Notes under the pieces: model-generated
What the model saw: the letters and a program-made list of their open reading frames with translations, nothing else
The model's database searches: none
What the model was told of the DNA's origin: nothing
Translations under genes and position numbers: made by a program
Source: an uncultured Pseudomonadota bacterium
Lineage (GTDB): Bacteria > Pseudomonadota > Gammaproteobacteria > Burkholderiales > Casimicrobiaceae
Reading direction: 5' to 3'
Assembly (NCBI GenBank): GCA_963706225.1
Contig: CAVPMH010000025.1
Coordinates: 76,667-140,666 of the forward strand
Length of the DNA stretch: 64,000 nt
Part shown: in pieces, positions 1 through 10,479 of the stretch
Position numbering within the stretch: the stretch's first letter is position 1
How the letters are laid out: each line of letters opens with the position of its first letter

Positions 1-1620
1 CGCTGCGACGGCAACCGATACCGACGGCACGATCGTCGCGGTCGAATTCAGAAACGGCAGCGCGGGCGGCAGTCTGCTCGGTCGCGCGACAACGCCGCCG
101 TACGCCACGTCGTGGACGAACATGGCCGCGGGAGTCGTATGCCATCGTGGCGGTCGCCTACGATGATCGCAATGCAGCGACAACGTCGGCTCCCGTGCAC
201 GTCACGGTCGACGCAAATGTTCTTCCGACGGTCGCGTTGACCGCGCCCGCCTCGAATGCACGCTATACGGCGCCGGCGAGCATCGCGATTGCCGCAAGTG
301 CGAGCGACAGCGACGGAACCATTGCGAAGGTGGAGTTCTATGCGGGGACGACACTGATCGGCTCCTCGAACGCCGCGCCCTACACGGCGACGTGGAGCAA
401 CGTTGGCCGCCGGCTCCTATTCGATCACGGCCAAGGCGACCGACAACGTAGGCGGCGTTGCGGTGTCCTCTGCGGTGCCGATCACGGTCGTGAACAACGC
501 GCTCCCGACGGTCGCGTTCACGGCACCAGGTCCCGGCGGCCAGTACTTCGCGCCGGCGACGATCTCGTTGAGCGCGAACGCCGCGGACAGCGACGGCACG
601 ATCGCGAGCGTTCAGTTCTATGCGAACGGCACGCTGATCGGCACGTCGACGACAGCACCGTACGGGATGGTGTGGGACAGTGTTGCGGGAGGAACGTATT
701 CGCTGACGGCCAAGGCAACGGACAACGCCGGCGGCACGGCAACATCGCCAGCAGTGAACATCACGATTGTTGGCGCACCGGTCCTCAATATCGACAGCAA
801 ACTGGCCAATGCGACGATCGACGACGACAATGTCCTGGTGCGCGGCTTCGTGTCGGCGCCAGCCAATTCCGCCGTTACCGTGAATGGCGCCGTGACGCAC
901 ATCGACGACTTTGGATTCTTCCAGGCGAACGATGTCCCGCTGACGCCGGGCGCAAATTCCGTGACGGCGGTCGTGACGACCCAGGATGGACAGTCCACGT
1001 CACAGTCCATCACGATCAACAGCAGCGGTGCAGGCGCGTTCGTGGTCCATGCGTCGCCCACCGAGGGCCTGGATTCGCTCAAAGTGACCTTCACCGTCGA
1101 GAATCCCGGGAACGTCCCCTTCAAGCAGATCAACTTCGATCTCGACAACGACGGCTTCCCGAATCTCATCGCCACGGCGGCGCAATTCTTCGATGGAAAG
1201 CTTACGGTCACCGCCACCTATCCCGCCGGCACGTGGCTTGCGGTCATCAAGGTTTTCGACGATCAGGATCGCGTCATCTACTCGACCAGCAAGTCGATCG
1301 TCGTTTTCGTTCCGAGCCTGCTTCAGGGCAATCTTCGGGCGATCTACGACGGCATGCTTGGGCGGCTTCGCGCGGGTAATATCGCGGGAGCGCTGACAGC
1401 ATTTACCGGCTCGGCATACGACAAGTACAACGCGATCTTCACGCAGCTACAAGGGTCGCTCGCCACGATTGTCGACCAGCTCGGCGAGATCAGCGAAATC
1501 AACTTTGGCGAGGACATCGCCGAATTCAGCGTCACGCGCAATACGGCCAATGGGCCGCAACGGTTCATGCTGTACATGATCCGCGCCGAGGATGGCATCT
1601 GGCGCATCGACGGGATGTGA
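1..1620 (+). CDS. Ig-like (Big_7-type) repeat surface/secreted protein with C-terminal PKD-like and NTF2-like domains; 5'-partial, frameshifts near 134 and 403
   Basis: At least three repeats of PTVxxTAP...DSDGTIxxVxFY...PY...W...GxYxxTAKATDN across frames; then an Ig domain (VTVNG...VPLTPGANSVT), a PKD-like segment (SPTEG...FDLDNDG...YPAGTW) and a tail ending AEDGIWRIDGM. Confidence 0.75.
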
Positions 1621-1624
1621 CTAC

Positions 1625-2322
1625 ATGAGAGTACTCGGCCTTGTTGTGCTGTACATCGCAGTGGCCTTGTTCGGCGCGGCAGCGCTCGCCAAGCTGCCGC
1701 ACGTTCTGTACGGCAAGCGGATTGCCGGACAGGTTGTCGATGCGGATACGGGTCAGCCAATCGCCGGCGCGCATGTGGCGTTCATTTGGGTGTCGGGAAT
1801 CATTCCAAGCGGCTTTACCGGGCACAACTCGCGCGATATCTGCTATCACGCGGCGGCCGCGGTGACCGACCAAGCGGGTCACTTTCAGATCGAACCATGG
1901 CGAAAATGGAGTACGTACAGCGTTTATCCCAGAGGAGCCGATCGCGCTGGTGTATGCGCGCAATTACACGCCCCGACAGATACCTCTCCAGGTGGGATAC
2001 TGCAAGCACCGATCGAACGAACGAACGAGCGTTTCGCGTTGAAAGCCTTCAAGGGAAACGTCGATCAGCGCATGGATGCGCTGTTTTGGGGACTTGCCAA
2101 CAGGGATTGCACGTACGGAGGACAAAGCCAGAAGAGCCTGTATCCGATTGTTAAAGGCGTCTACGAAGAATCGCGCCAAGATCGCGCGCACCAAGGATAA
2201 TCAGGACAAACCGTCCATATCATCGCGCGCATGGCCGCAAAGGCAGCGCTCGCGCAGAATCCAAATGGGCCAGTACACGATGAGGCGAGCGAACGCATTC
2301 ATCGAGGAGCATCTTGAAATGA
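1625..2322 (+). CDS. Exported carboxypeptidase-regulatory-like domain protein (several frameshifts; 3' end approximate)
   Basis: Hydrophobic N-terminus MRVLGLVVLYIAVALFGAAALA, then GQVVDADTGQPIAGAHV...VTDQAGHFQI; coding-like sequence continues in shifted frames to NAFIEEHL near 2320. Confidence 0.6.
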
Positions 2323-4881
2323 GCGCGCAAGCAAGTGCTGGTTTTCTTGGCATCGCTAGCTATTGTGCAGTCGAGCATGGCACATCGCTTACGAACAGGC
2401 AACTCATGCCTTACTCACGAAGCAACGCACTTTTGCAATCTCGCAGCTTATCTGGACCTGGAACGGTCGAAGAATTCAGTCCATTGGCATATAGCCTAGG
2501 ACTCGATACTATCTTCCGCTTGGGAGTAGCGAATACTACTTCGAGTTCATCGGAAACTTTGACTGGCTCAAACGCATATCCAGCGAAAGCTCAAGATTAC
2601 GAAACGAAGATCCTCGACCGCGTCAAGCTCAGTGGCGACTGGAAACTCCGATTCAAAGTTGGGTAATGTTCGGTGCGATTCGGGAAGACGACAATCCGAG
2701 CGAGGACCCGCCTACTCCGCAGGACGTGGAGACAGGTATAAGCCGCCCGTTGCACCACTTCTTCGATCCCTACTCTAACAAACCCCTTAACGCTCCCGGA
2801 TTGGATGCCATCGAAAATGATGTGCGCAAGAACGTCGACTGGGCGATTGGCGTCCACGATAGTTTCAATGATCCGAATACTCCTGAATCACCTCGCCGGA
2901 ATCGATTCACGGTTTTCGACGCGCGGGAATCGATGTTTCGCGCGCTGACGCTGATGACGAGTAGTGGTGGCTCGGCTACAGCGATATTTCTGACGGGATC
3001 GACGCGACGACGAAGCAGCAATGGCGCCAAGCGTACTGGGCGACTGCGTTCCGCGCCCTCGGCGACGTGCTTCACCTGAATCAGGATATGGCGCAGCCTC
3101 AGCACACGCGGAACGAGCCGCATTCAGGCAAGTTGTGTCCTTTCGAGAAAATCTGCCTGGCTGGACATACGAGCATTTATGAAAAGTACATCAATGCCCG
3201 GGCGCTCAAAGACAGCGGTTTCAAGTCGCTTTCGCCCTTTCGGGTCTTCGTGTCGATTCCAATCTTGCCGTTGAACTTCGGACCATATCCAATTCCCACG
3301 TTCGCGAGATATACCGACTACTGGAGTACTTCGCCTGGCCCGAATAGCCTCACCGGCAAGGGTCTCGCCGACTACAGCAATCGCGGCTTCTTCACCGCGG
3401 CGAAAAATCTGGATTCGCTCGCATACCCATCACCGTCAAGCAATCCCGCGAACTACACCATCAGAAGTGCCGTGCCTACACTATGGGACGGGTCAGCATC
3501 GACAGACAGTACTCCGGTGTACGTCTACTTCGGCGATGTGCCTGATACCTACCAGCAACAATCGGCCTCCAATGTCGCGCTTACGACCTACGGAATGTGG
3601 GACCAGTTCCTGTCGTCGAAGTCCCTTCCCGATAAATACACGCTCAATCGCCTCAACTACGACGCGATGGCGGACCTCCTCCTTCCGCGCGCCGTCGCCT
3701 ATTCCGCTGGCCTGATCAATTTCTTCTTTCGCGGTCGCCTCGACATCACGCTTCCTGACGAAGGCGTGTTCGCGCTTGCCGACCATGCTACGGATGACGG
3801 CTTCACGCTGTTACGCGCGAAGATCAGAAACACGACGCCGGCCTTCGTCGATCCGCAAGGCCAATCGCAGCCGCAGAACATGAATGGCGGTGCATTCTTC
3901 GCAGTGATCCGATACCACAAGGACAAAAAGTACGTGGCGAGCCTCGACACCGTTGTCGGTGCGGCTCCATGCAACGATTATTCGGTCGTGGTCAATCCCG
4001 CGAAGCTCGATGCCTCGACGGATTGCCGTGACGGCGTCGAGCAAATCATCGTGTCGCAACCCGTTTTTGGCGAATCGCTCGACGCTGGCGGACAGAAGCT
4101 TGTCGAATTCGATTTCGCCAATTCGCCGATCCCGTTCGGCATGACCGACGTGGTGCTTCAGATCGTCTACCGCGGTCCTCTCGGCAGCGAAGCGGACGCG
4201 GTTGCCGTCGGCACCCTGGACGTCTCCGAACCCACGTACTTCACGTATCAGAACGCGAGCGACTACATTCATCTGGGAGAGCACGTCTACACCCGCGGCG
4301 AGGTCAATTCAGACCCGGCTCTGCTCGCCCTCGTCCAGCCGCAATACTGCGTGGATTATCGCCAGCCGCCGCCGCATCTGATCGACGGGTGCCTCGAACA
4401 ATTTGCGCTGGATCTCACGGTGAGTTTCGGCGATTTGTCCAAGCCGATCGCACAGGTCATCGGCTTGCCGAACCGTCGCCTCATCCGCTTCGTGTATCTC
4501 GCGCTCGCCGATGAGGGCTTCAATCCGCCGATAGTCAAAAAGGGAACGAGACGCGTAAGAGTCACCGCGCGGCGACATGCAAGCACCTCCGCGAAGGCGC
4601 TGCTCTATCAGGAAGGGACGTGCCTGCCGCTGGATCCCTTCGACATCCCGCCGCGCATTTCGCAGATGACGGTCATTTCGTCGACTCAGATCGGTTATCA
4701 CCTCGACCAGCTCGGCAAATTGCGCGGCGTCAACGGCTGGTACGACGTCTCGTGCGTCGTCAACGGCGACAACGCGACCCCCGGCGCGACCGACGATCGC
4801 AATCAGGTGATGACGCCTCTCACCCCGATGAGCGAGGAGGTCGAGCCCTACGCGTTAACGATCATGCCCGAGTATTTGTAG
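2319..4881 (+). CDS. Secreted zinc-dependent phospholipase C / S1-P1 nuclease-fold protein with a long C-terminal extension (frameshifted 5' part)
   Basis: GAGGAG at 2304-2309, ATG 2319, signal-like stretch, AYEQATH (2387-2407), GAIREDD (2672-2692), HHFFDP (2753-2770), ALGDVLHLNQDMAQPQH (about 3055-3105), GHTSIYE; ORF pieces 2666-3079 and 3067-4881. Confidence 0.6.
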
Positions 4882-4913
4882 AGGAGCGCGGGCCGTGCTC
4901 TACAGATGAGCGC

Positions 4914-6081
4914 TCACGCCGCCCGCAGCGCATCGACAATCTTCATCCGCGCCGCGCGCGCCGCCGGCAGGAACCCGCCGATGAACCCCATCGCGAGCGC
5001 GAAGATCAGCGACGCGACGACGATGCCGGGGGTCAGCGTGAACGAGAACGCGATCTCGGCGAACGTCTGGAAATTCGTCGTCGAGATCGACGTCGCCTGC
5101 ATGACCGAGGCGGCAAGCAATCCGACGATGCCGCCGACCAGCCCCAGCAGCAGCGCCTCGCCGAGAAACGCCGCGAGGATCGCGCCGCGTGAAAAGCCCA
5201 GCGCGCGCAACGTTCCGATTTCCCCGGTGCGCGACGCGACGCTCGCGTACATCGTGATCGCCGCGCCGATCACCGCGCCGATCGAAAAGATGATCGAGAT
5301 CGACGTGCCGAGGTAGCTGATGAATTTCGACAGCGCCTCCGATTGCTCGGCATAGAAGCGCCTTTCGCGCTTCGCCTCGAGCGTCAGCCGCGGGTCGTTT
5401 TCGATCGCCGCCTTCGACGGCGTCGAACTCGCTCGGATCGTTCAGCCTGAACAGCATCGACGAATAGCCGGTGCGGCGAAACGCCTGCAGCATCTGCTCG
5501 GCATCGCCCCAGATCTCGGAATCGAACGCGGTGTGGCCGGCGTCGAAAACGCCGACGACCGTCCAGTCGCGCGACGCGAAGCGCAGCGTCTCGCCGAGGC
5601 CCGCGCCCTGGAATCCGTCCGCGATCGCGCGCCCCGCGATCACCTCGGCCGTTCCCGGTCGAAACATCCGGCCTTCGACGAGCGCTACTTGCGGCCGCAG
5701 CGTCAGCCCGGCCGGCGTCACGCCGCGGATCACGACGTTGGCCGCCTTGCCCGTCGCGCGCTTCGGCAGGCTGATCAGCACGACCTCCTCCTTGGAGACC
5801 AGCGGCCGACCGTCGGCGGCGAGCGCAATCTGCGGCAGGCTTTCGACGATTCCCGCCTGCAGACGCCCGAAGCCGCTTTGCACTTCGGTCTGCGAGCTGC
5901 GGCGAATCACGACGACGTTGTCGTCCTGGCCGGTGGCGACCAGCGTCTTTTGCAGGCCGGCCGAGAGCATCAGCACGGTCGCGAACACGTACACGACGAG
6001 CGCCATGCCGCCGGCGGTCAGCGTCGTCGTCAGGCGGCGCGCCACCAGGTTGCGGGCGATGTAATTGAGCGGGATCGCCAT
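4914..6081 (-). CDS. MacB/FtsX-family ABC permease (frameshift near 5415)
   Basis: NYIARNLVARRLTTTLT N-terminus; C-terminal RTGEIGTLRALGF and PAARAARMKIVDALR in ORF 4914-5273. Confidence 0.88.
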
Positions 6082-6161
6082 CAGTGGGGATGGGCCGCCC
6101 CGACCGACTGATCAGCCCCCCGGGGGCAGCGAGCGGAGCGAGCGTGGGGGGACGTTCCATG
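6082..6161. repeat. Family-A palindromic repeat copy between the two permease genes
   Basis: GGGCCGCCCC...GCCCCCCGGGGGCAGCG...GCGTGGGGGG, the same core as the 59271-59444 units. Confidence 0.75.
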
Positions 6162-7331
6162 TCAGCCGATCGCCCGCAGGCCGTCGACGATGCGCACTCT
6201 TGCTGCGCGCCATGCGGGAATGGCCGCGGCGACCACGCCGATGATCAACGCGGCCATGAGCTGCATCATGAGCGTTTCCCGCGAGACCTTGAACCCGGCG
6301 AGGATCGAGCCGATCGTGCTCGCGAACACATTGGCCAGCGGAAACGTCGCCGCGATTCCCAGCAGGCCGCCCAGCAGCGCAATGCCCACGGACTCCGCGT
6401 AGATCAGCATCGCGACGAAGCCGTTGCTGAAGCCGAGCGCCTTCAGCGTCGCGTATTCGCCGTAGCGCTCGCGTGCCGTCATCGCCATCGTGTTGGCCAT
6501 CACCGCCATGATGATCACGATGACGACGAAGCTCACCGCCTGGATCGCGAGCAGGATGGCCTCCGACATCGCGACGAAGCCGAGCTGGAATGCCTTTTCC
6601 GTCTCGGTCAGCGTCTCCGCAAGCGAGTTCTTGAACGTCGCGTCGATCGCCTGCGACACGGCCGCGGCGTCGTCGGCGTTGCGCAGCTCCTCGACGAACA
6701 CGCCCGTCTGATCGCCCCGCCCGGGAAATTGCCGCTTGATCGTCTCGTTCAGGTAATCGAAATGGAAGAAGAACGTCGACGTGTCGGTGCCCTCCTGCGC
6801 GCCGTCGTAGATGCCGCGCAGGTTGAACGTCCACGTGCCCGGATAGATCGTGCCGCGCAGCGGAATCTGGTCGCCGACTTTCCAGCCGTACTTGTCCGCC
6901 AGCTTGCGTCCCGCGATCGCGCCCACGCGGTCGGCGAGGAACGCGCGCCGCTCGTCATCCGGCAGCACGAACTCCGGGTACATCGCGAGATAGGTGGGTG
7001 CGCTGATCGCGAATTGCGCGAAGAAATTCCGCTCGTTGATGTACACGCCGCCGAACCAGTTCGCCCACGCCACCGACGTGATGCCGTCGACCTGGCGGAT
7101 CTTCTGCGCGTAGGTCAGCGGCAACGCGAACACGAGCGACACCGAGCTCCGCGTCACGAGCCGCGCCGACGAGCTGGCGTTCGCGCCGGCGTACCACGCA
7201 TCGACGATCGTGCGCAGCATCCCGAACGCCGCGATCGCGACGATGATGCCGACGATGGTCAGCGTCGTGCGCAGCTTGTGGCGAAACGCGTTGCGCAGCA
7301 CGAGCAGCGGAACGAACATCAGTCGGGTCAT
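6162..7331 (-). CDS. MacB/FtsX-family ABC permease
   Basis: LRNAFRHKLRTTLT, RERYGEYATLKALGF, PAWRAARVRIVDGLR. Confidence 0.9.
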   Translation of the reverse strand: MTRLMFVPLLVLRNAFRHKLRTTLTIVGIIVAIAAFGMLRTIVDAWYAGANASSSARLVTRSSVSLVFALPLTYAQKIRQVDGITSVAWANWFGGVYINERNFFAQFAISAPTYLAMYPEFVLPDDERRAFLADRVGAIAGRKLADKYGWKVGDQIPLRGTIYPGTWTFNLRGIYDGAQEGTDTSTFFFHFDYLNETIKRQFPGRGDQTGVFVEELRNADDAAAVSQAIDATFKNSLAETLTETEKAFQLGFVAMSEAILLAIQAVSFVVIVIIMAVMANTMAMTARERYGEYATLKALGFSNGFVAMLIYAESVGIALLGGLLGIAATFPLANVFASTIGSILAGFKVSRETLMMQLMAALIIGVVAAAIPAWRAARVRIVDGLRAIG

Positions 7332-8083
7332 CAGGCGACCAGGACGCCCTTTTCGAGATGCACGAGGCGATGCGCCTTTTCCGCCGCCTTCGGGTCGTGC
7401 GTGACCATGATCACCGTCTTCCCCAGCTCGTCGTTCAGGCGCTCGAGCAGACCGAGAATTTCCTCGGCGGTGGTGCGATCGAGGTCGCCGGTCGGCTCGT
7501 CGGCGACGATCAGCGTGGGATCGCTGATCAGCGCGCGCGCGATCGCGACGCGCTGCTGCTGGCCGCCGGACAATTCGTTGGGCAGATGCGTCGCGCGATC
7601 GGTCAGCCCGACGAGTGCGAGCGCCGTTTCCACGCGCTCGCGCCGTTCGCGCCGTGACAGCGACGTGAGCTGCAGCGGCAGCTCGATGTTGCCGAACGCC
7701 GTCAGCACCGGCATCAGGTTGTAGAACTGGAAAATGAATCCGACGTGCGTCGCGCGCCACAGCGCGAGGTCGGCATCGGAGAGCCGCGCGATATCGACGC
7801 CCGCGACGCGGACCTCCCCGGACGACGGCTTGTCGATGCCCGCGATCATGTTGAGCAGCGTCGACTTTCCGGAGCCCGACGGCCCCATGAGCGCGATGTA
7901 GTCGCCCGCAGCGACATCGAGATCGATGTCGACGAGCACGGGGATGATCTGGTCGCCGCGCACGTAATATTTCGTCAGCGCGCGAACCGACACCAGCGGC
8001 ATCGCGGACGCGCGATCGACAGCGCCCGATTCGCTCGCACTGCCGGCGGCAGGTCCTGTCGCGCGCTGCAGTGCCGCCGTCAT
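7331..8083 (-). CDS. ABC transporter ATP-binding protein (LolD/MacB-type)
   Basis: GPSGSGKST, LSGGQQQRVAIARA, ADEPTGDLD, VTHD. Confidence 0.93.
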   Translation of the reverse strand: MTAALQRATGPAAGSASESGAVDRASAMPLVSVRALTKYYVRGDQIIPVLVDIDLDVAAGDYIALMGPSGSGKSTLLNMIAGIDKPSSGEVRVAGVDIARLSDADLALWRATHVGFIFQFYNLMPVLTAFGNIELPLQLTSLSRRERRERVETALALVGLTDRATHLPNELSGGQQQRVAIARALISDPTLIVADEPTGDLDRTTAEEILGLLERLNDELGKTVIMVTHDPKAAEKAHRLVHLEKGVLVA

Positions 8084-9298
8084 TTCTCGGCGGTCTTCAC
8101 CAGTGCGCCGGTTGCAAGCGATGGCGCGGGCTTCGACACCGCCTTCTCGCCCGCCTTGACGTCACCGGCAATCGCCGTCGCGTCGCCGATCTTCAATCCC
8201 GGCGTCACCGGCACGGCGACGGCGCGCCCATCGCGCATCACGAATACCACGCTGCGTCCATCGCGCTGCACGATCGCATCCGGATTGACGGCAACCACCG
8301 GCTTCTGCTGCTCGGGTGCCACTTCCTGCGAGAGGAAGCTCACCTTCGCGCTCATTTCGGGAAGGATGCGCGGATCGATCGCGTCGAACGCCACCTTCGT
8401 CATCACGGTCGCCTTCGCGCGATCGACGGTGGGGACCATCCGGTTGATGTGACCGCGAAAGCGCGTGTCCGGCAGCGCGTCGAGCACGATCTCGGCCGGC
8501 TGCCCGACGTGCACCTTGGCGAGGCTCGATTCGGAGACGTCGGCTTCGACTTCGAGCGTGCCCATGTCGGCCATCGACACCACCGCGCCCTTCGAGTCCG
8601 TCGCGCTGGAAAACGGCGTCACGAGATCGCCGACGTTCGCGCTCTTCGACAGGATGACGCCGTCGAACGGCGCGCGGATCTCCGTGTAGTCGACGGCGAC
8701 GTCGGCGTTGCGCGCATTGGCGAGCGCCACGTTGAGATTGGCCTGCGCGCTCGCGACGCCCGCTTGCGCACGGTCGAGGCGCGCCTTCGCGGTGTCGAGC
8801 GCCGATTGCGAGATGAAGCCCTTGCCGACGAGCTCCTCGTTGCGCCGGTATTCGACTTGCGCATTCTCGCGCTCGACTTCGCTTTGCCGGACGTTGGCGC
8901 GCGCGGCGCGCACCGACGCCTGCGCGCTTTGCGCCTGCGCGACGACGTCGCGATTGTCGATGCGCGCGATGAGATCGCCCGACTTGACGCGCGAGCCTTC
9001 GGCAACGCCGAGCCATTCGAGCCGGCCCGTCGCCTTCGACGAGATGGCCGCCTTGCGCTGCGCGACGACGTAGCCGGTGGCGTTCAGCACGACGTATTGC
9101 TGCGACGGGTACGTCGTGATGATCGGCGTCGTCGCCACCACCTGCGCGCGCGGCTGCGCGGCGTACCACGCGGCCGCCGCGGCAACGCAGCACCAGGACG
9201 ATGGCGAGCCCTATCCATTTGCGCCGGCGGCGACGCCGGATCGGCGCAAGCTCGCGATCGATGCGCAGGCGGGAGAGGTCGGGAGGTGCTGCGGTCAT
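8080..9298 (-). CDS. MacA-type periplasmic adaptor (membrane fusion protein); frameshift near 9185
   Basis: NATGYVVAQRKAAISSK, IRAPFDGVI, LEVEADVSE; N-terminus MTAAPPDLSRLRIDR lies in another frame. Confidence 0.88.
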
Positions 9299-9356
9299 GA
9301 AATGAATTGCCGGCCATTGCGGCCGGCGAAATTCGATTTTACCGCGATCCCCGCCG

Positions 9357-9420
9357 CCCTCACCCCAACCTTCTCCCGCGCGCGGGCGAGGGAGCCGAGC
9401 GCAAGCGGGGCGGGTGAGGG
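9357..9420. repeat. Family-B REP-like palindrome
   Basis: CCCTCACCC...TCTCCCGCGCGCGGGCGAGGGAG...GGGTGAGGG; related copies at 35551 and 52357. Confidence 0.7.
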
Positions 9421-9462
9421 GACTTGCGGCGAACTCAGTTGCGCCCGGCGCGCGGCAACCCT

Positions 9463-10314
9463 TCAACCGGCGACGCGGGTTTGGCAGGTGCGGGCGCAGG
9501 TGCGGACGCCGACGCGACCCGAGCGATTGAGAAGCAGGCAAACGACTATCCAGTACGCGGCCAGCACGAGCAGCGGCAGAAGTGCCGGACGCGAACGGTA
9601 ACCGGTGAACGAGGCGATCAGGCCGCCGAGCCGGCCCGAATCGTCGAGCAGACGCGAGGTATTCCACACCGGATCGACGAGCGCCGGCACGACATCGAGC
9701 GCGATCAGCTTTTCGATGCCGGAAACGAGCAGCGCGCCGGCGAGCAGCAGCAACAGGATCTCGCTCACGCGGAAGAACACGCGCCAGCTCAGGATGCGCG
9801 ACCCCTGCTGCAGCAACCAGAAAGTCGCGAAGGCCGCTGCGATGCCGAGAACCAGCACGACCGGCAGATGCGCGATGCCGCCTTTTTCCGCGCCGAGCCC
9901 GTAGAGAAAGACAACCGTCTCGGCCGTCTCGCGGCCGACCGCGAGCGCCACGACGATCAGCAGCCCCCACCAGTTGGCCGCGCGCGCGTTGCGCGCCATG
10001 TTCGCTTCGAGATCCTTCTTGAACGTGCGGCCGTGCCGGCGCATCCAGAACACCATCTGCACGATCAGCGCCGATGCCACCAGCATGATGACGAGCTGGA
10101 AATAATCGAGGCCGTTGCCGGAAAGCGACGAGGCGATGCCCAGCATGACGAGGGCAAGCACGAGCGCCAATCCGGCGCCCGCTGCGACACCGCCCCAGAG
10201 GAATCGCATCCCGGTTGCCGCATCGGGCCGGTGCTTCAGCCACGCATACAGAATGCCGACGACCAGCATGGCCTCGGCCGATTCGCGCCAGACGATGAAC
10301 AGTGCGTTACCCAT
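9463..10314 (-). CDS. FTR1/EfeU-family iron permease
   Basis: Two RExxE motifs (WRESAEA, GRETAET) and several TM segments. Confidence 0.9.
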   Translation of the reverse strand: MGNALFIVWRESAEAMLVVGILYAWLKHRPDAATGMRFLWGGVAAGAGLALVLALVMLGIASSLSGNGLDYFQLVIMLVASALIVQMVFWMRRHGRTFKKDLEANMARNARAANWWGLLIVVALAVGRETAETVVFLYGLGAEKGGIAHLPVVLVLGIAAAFATFWLLQQGSRILSWRVFFRVSEILLLLLAGALLVSGIEKLIALDVVPALVDPVWNTSRLLDDSGRLGGLIASFTGYRSRPALLPLLVLAAYWIVVCLLLNRSGRVGVRTCARTCQTRVAG

Positions 10315-10382
10315 GATGTCGCGCTCGACCCCGACTATTTCGCGACTCCCCCGGCCAGCATAGCAAAAGAACGCCGCCACGT

Positions 10383-10403
10383 AAATAATAATCATTATTA
10401 TTT
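10383..10403. promoter_or_regulatory. Fur box upstream of FTR1
   Basis: Perfect 10-1-10 inverted repeat AAATAATAAT-C-ATTATTATTT, AT-rich in a GC-rich background, about 70 bp upstream of an iron permease. Confidence 0.85.
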
Positions 10404-10479
10404 GCGACGACCGCCGAAACCACTGATCCGTTTCGATACAACGGGTTGCAGCCGCCGCGCCCGGATGGACGCCTGAAAC

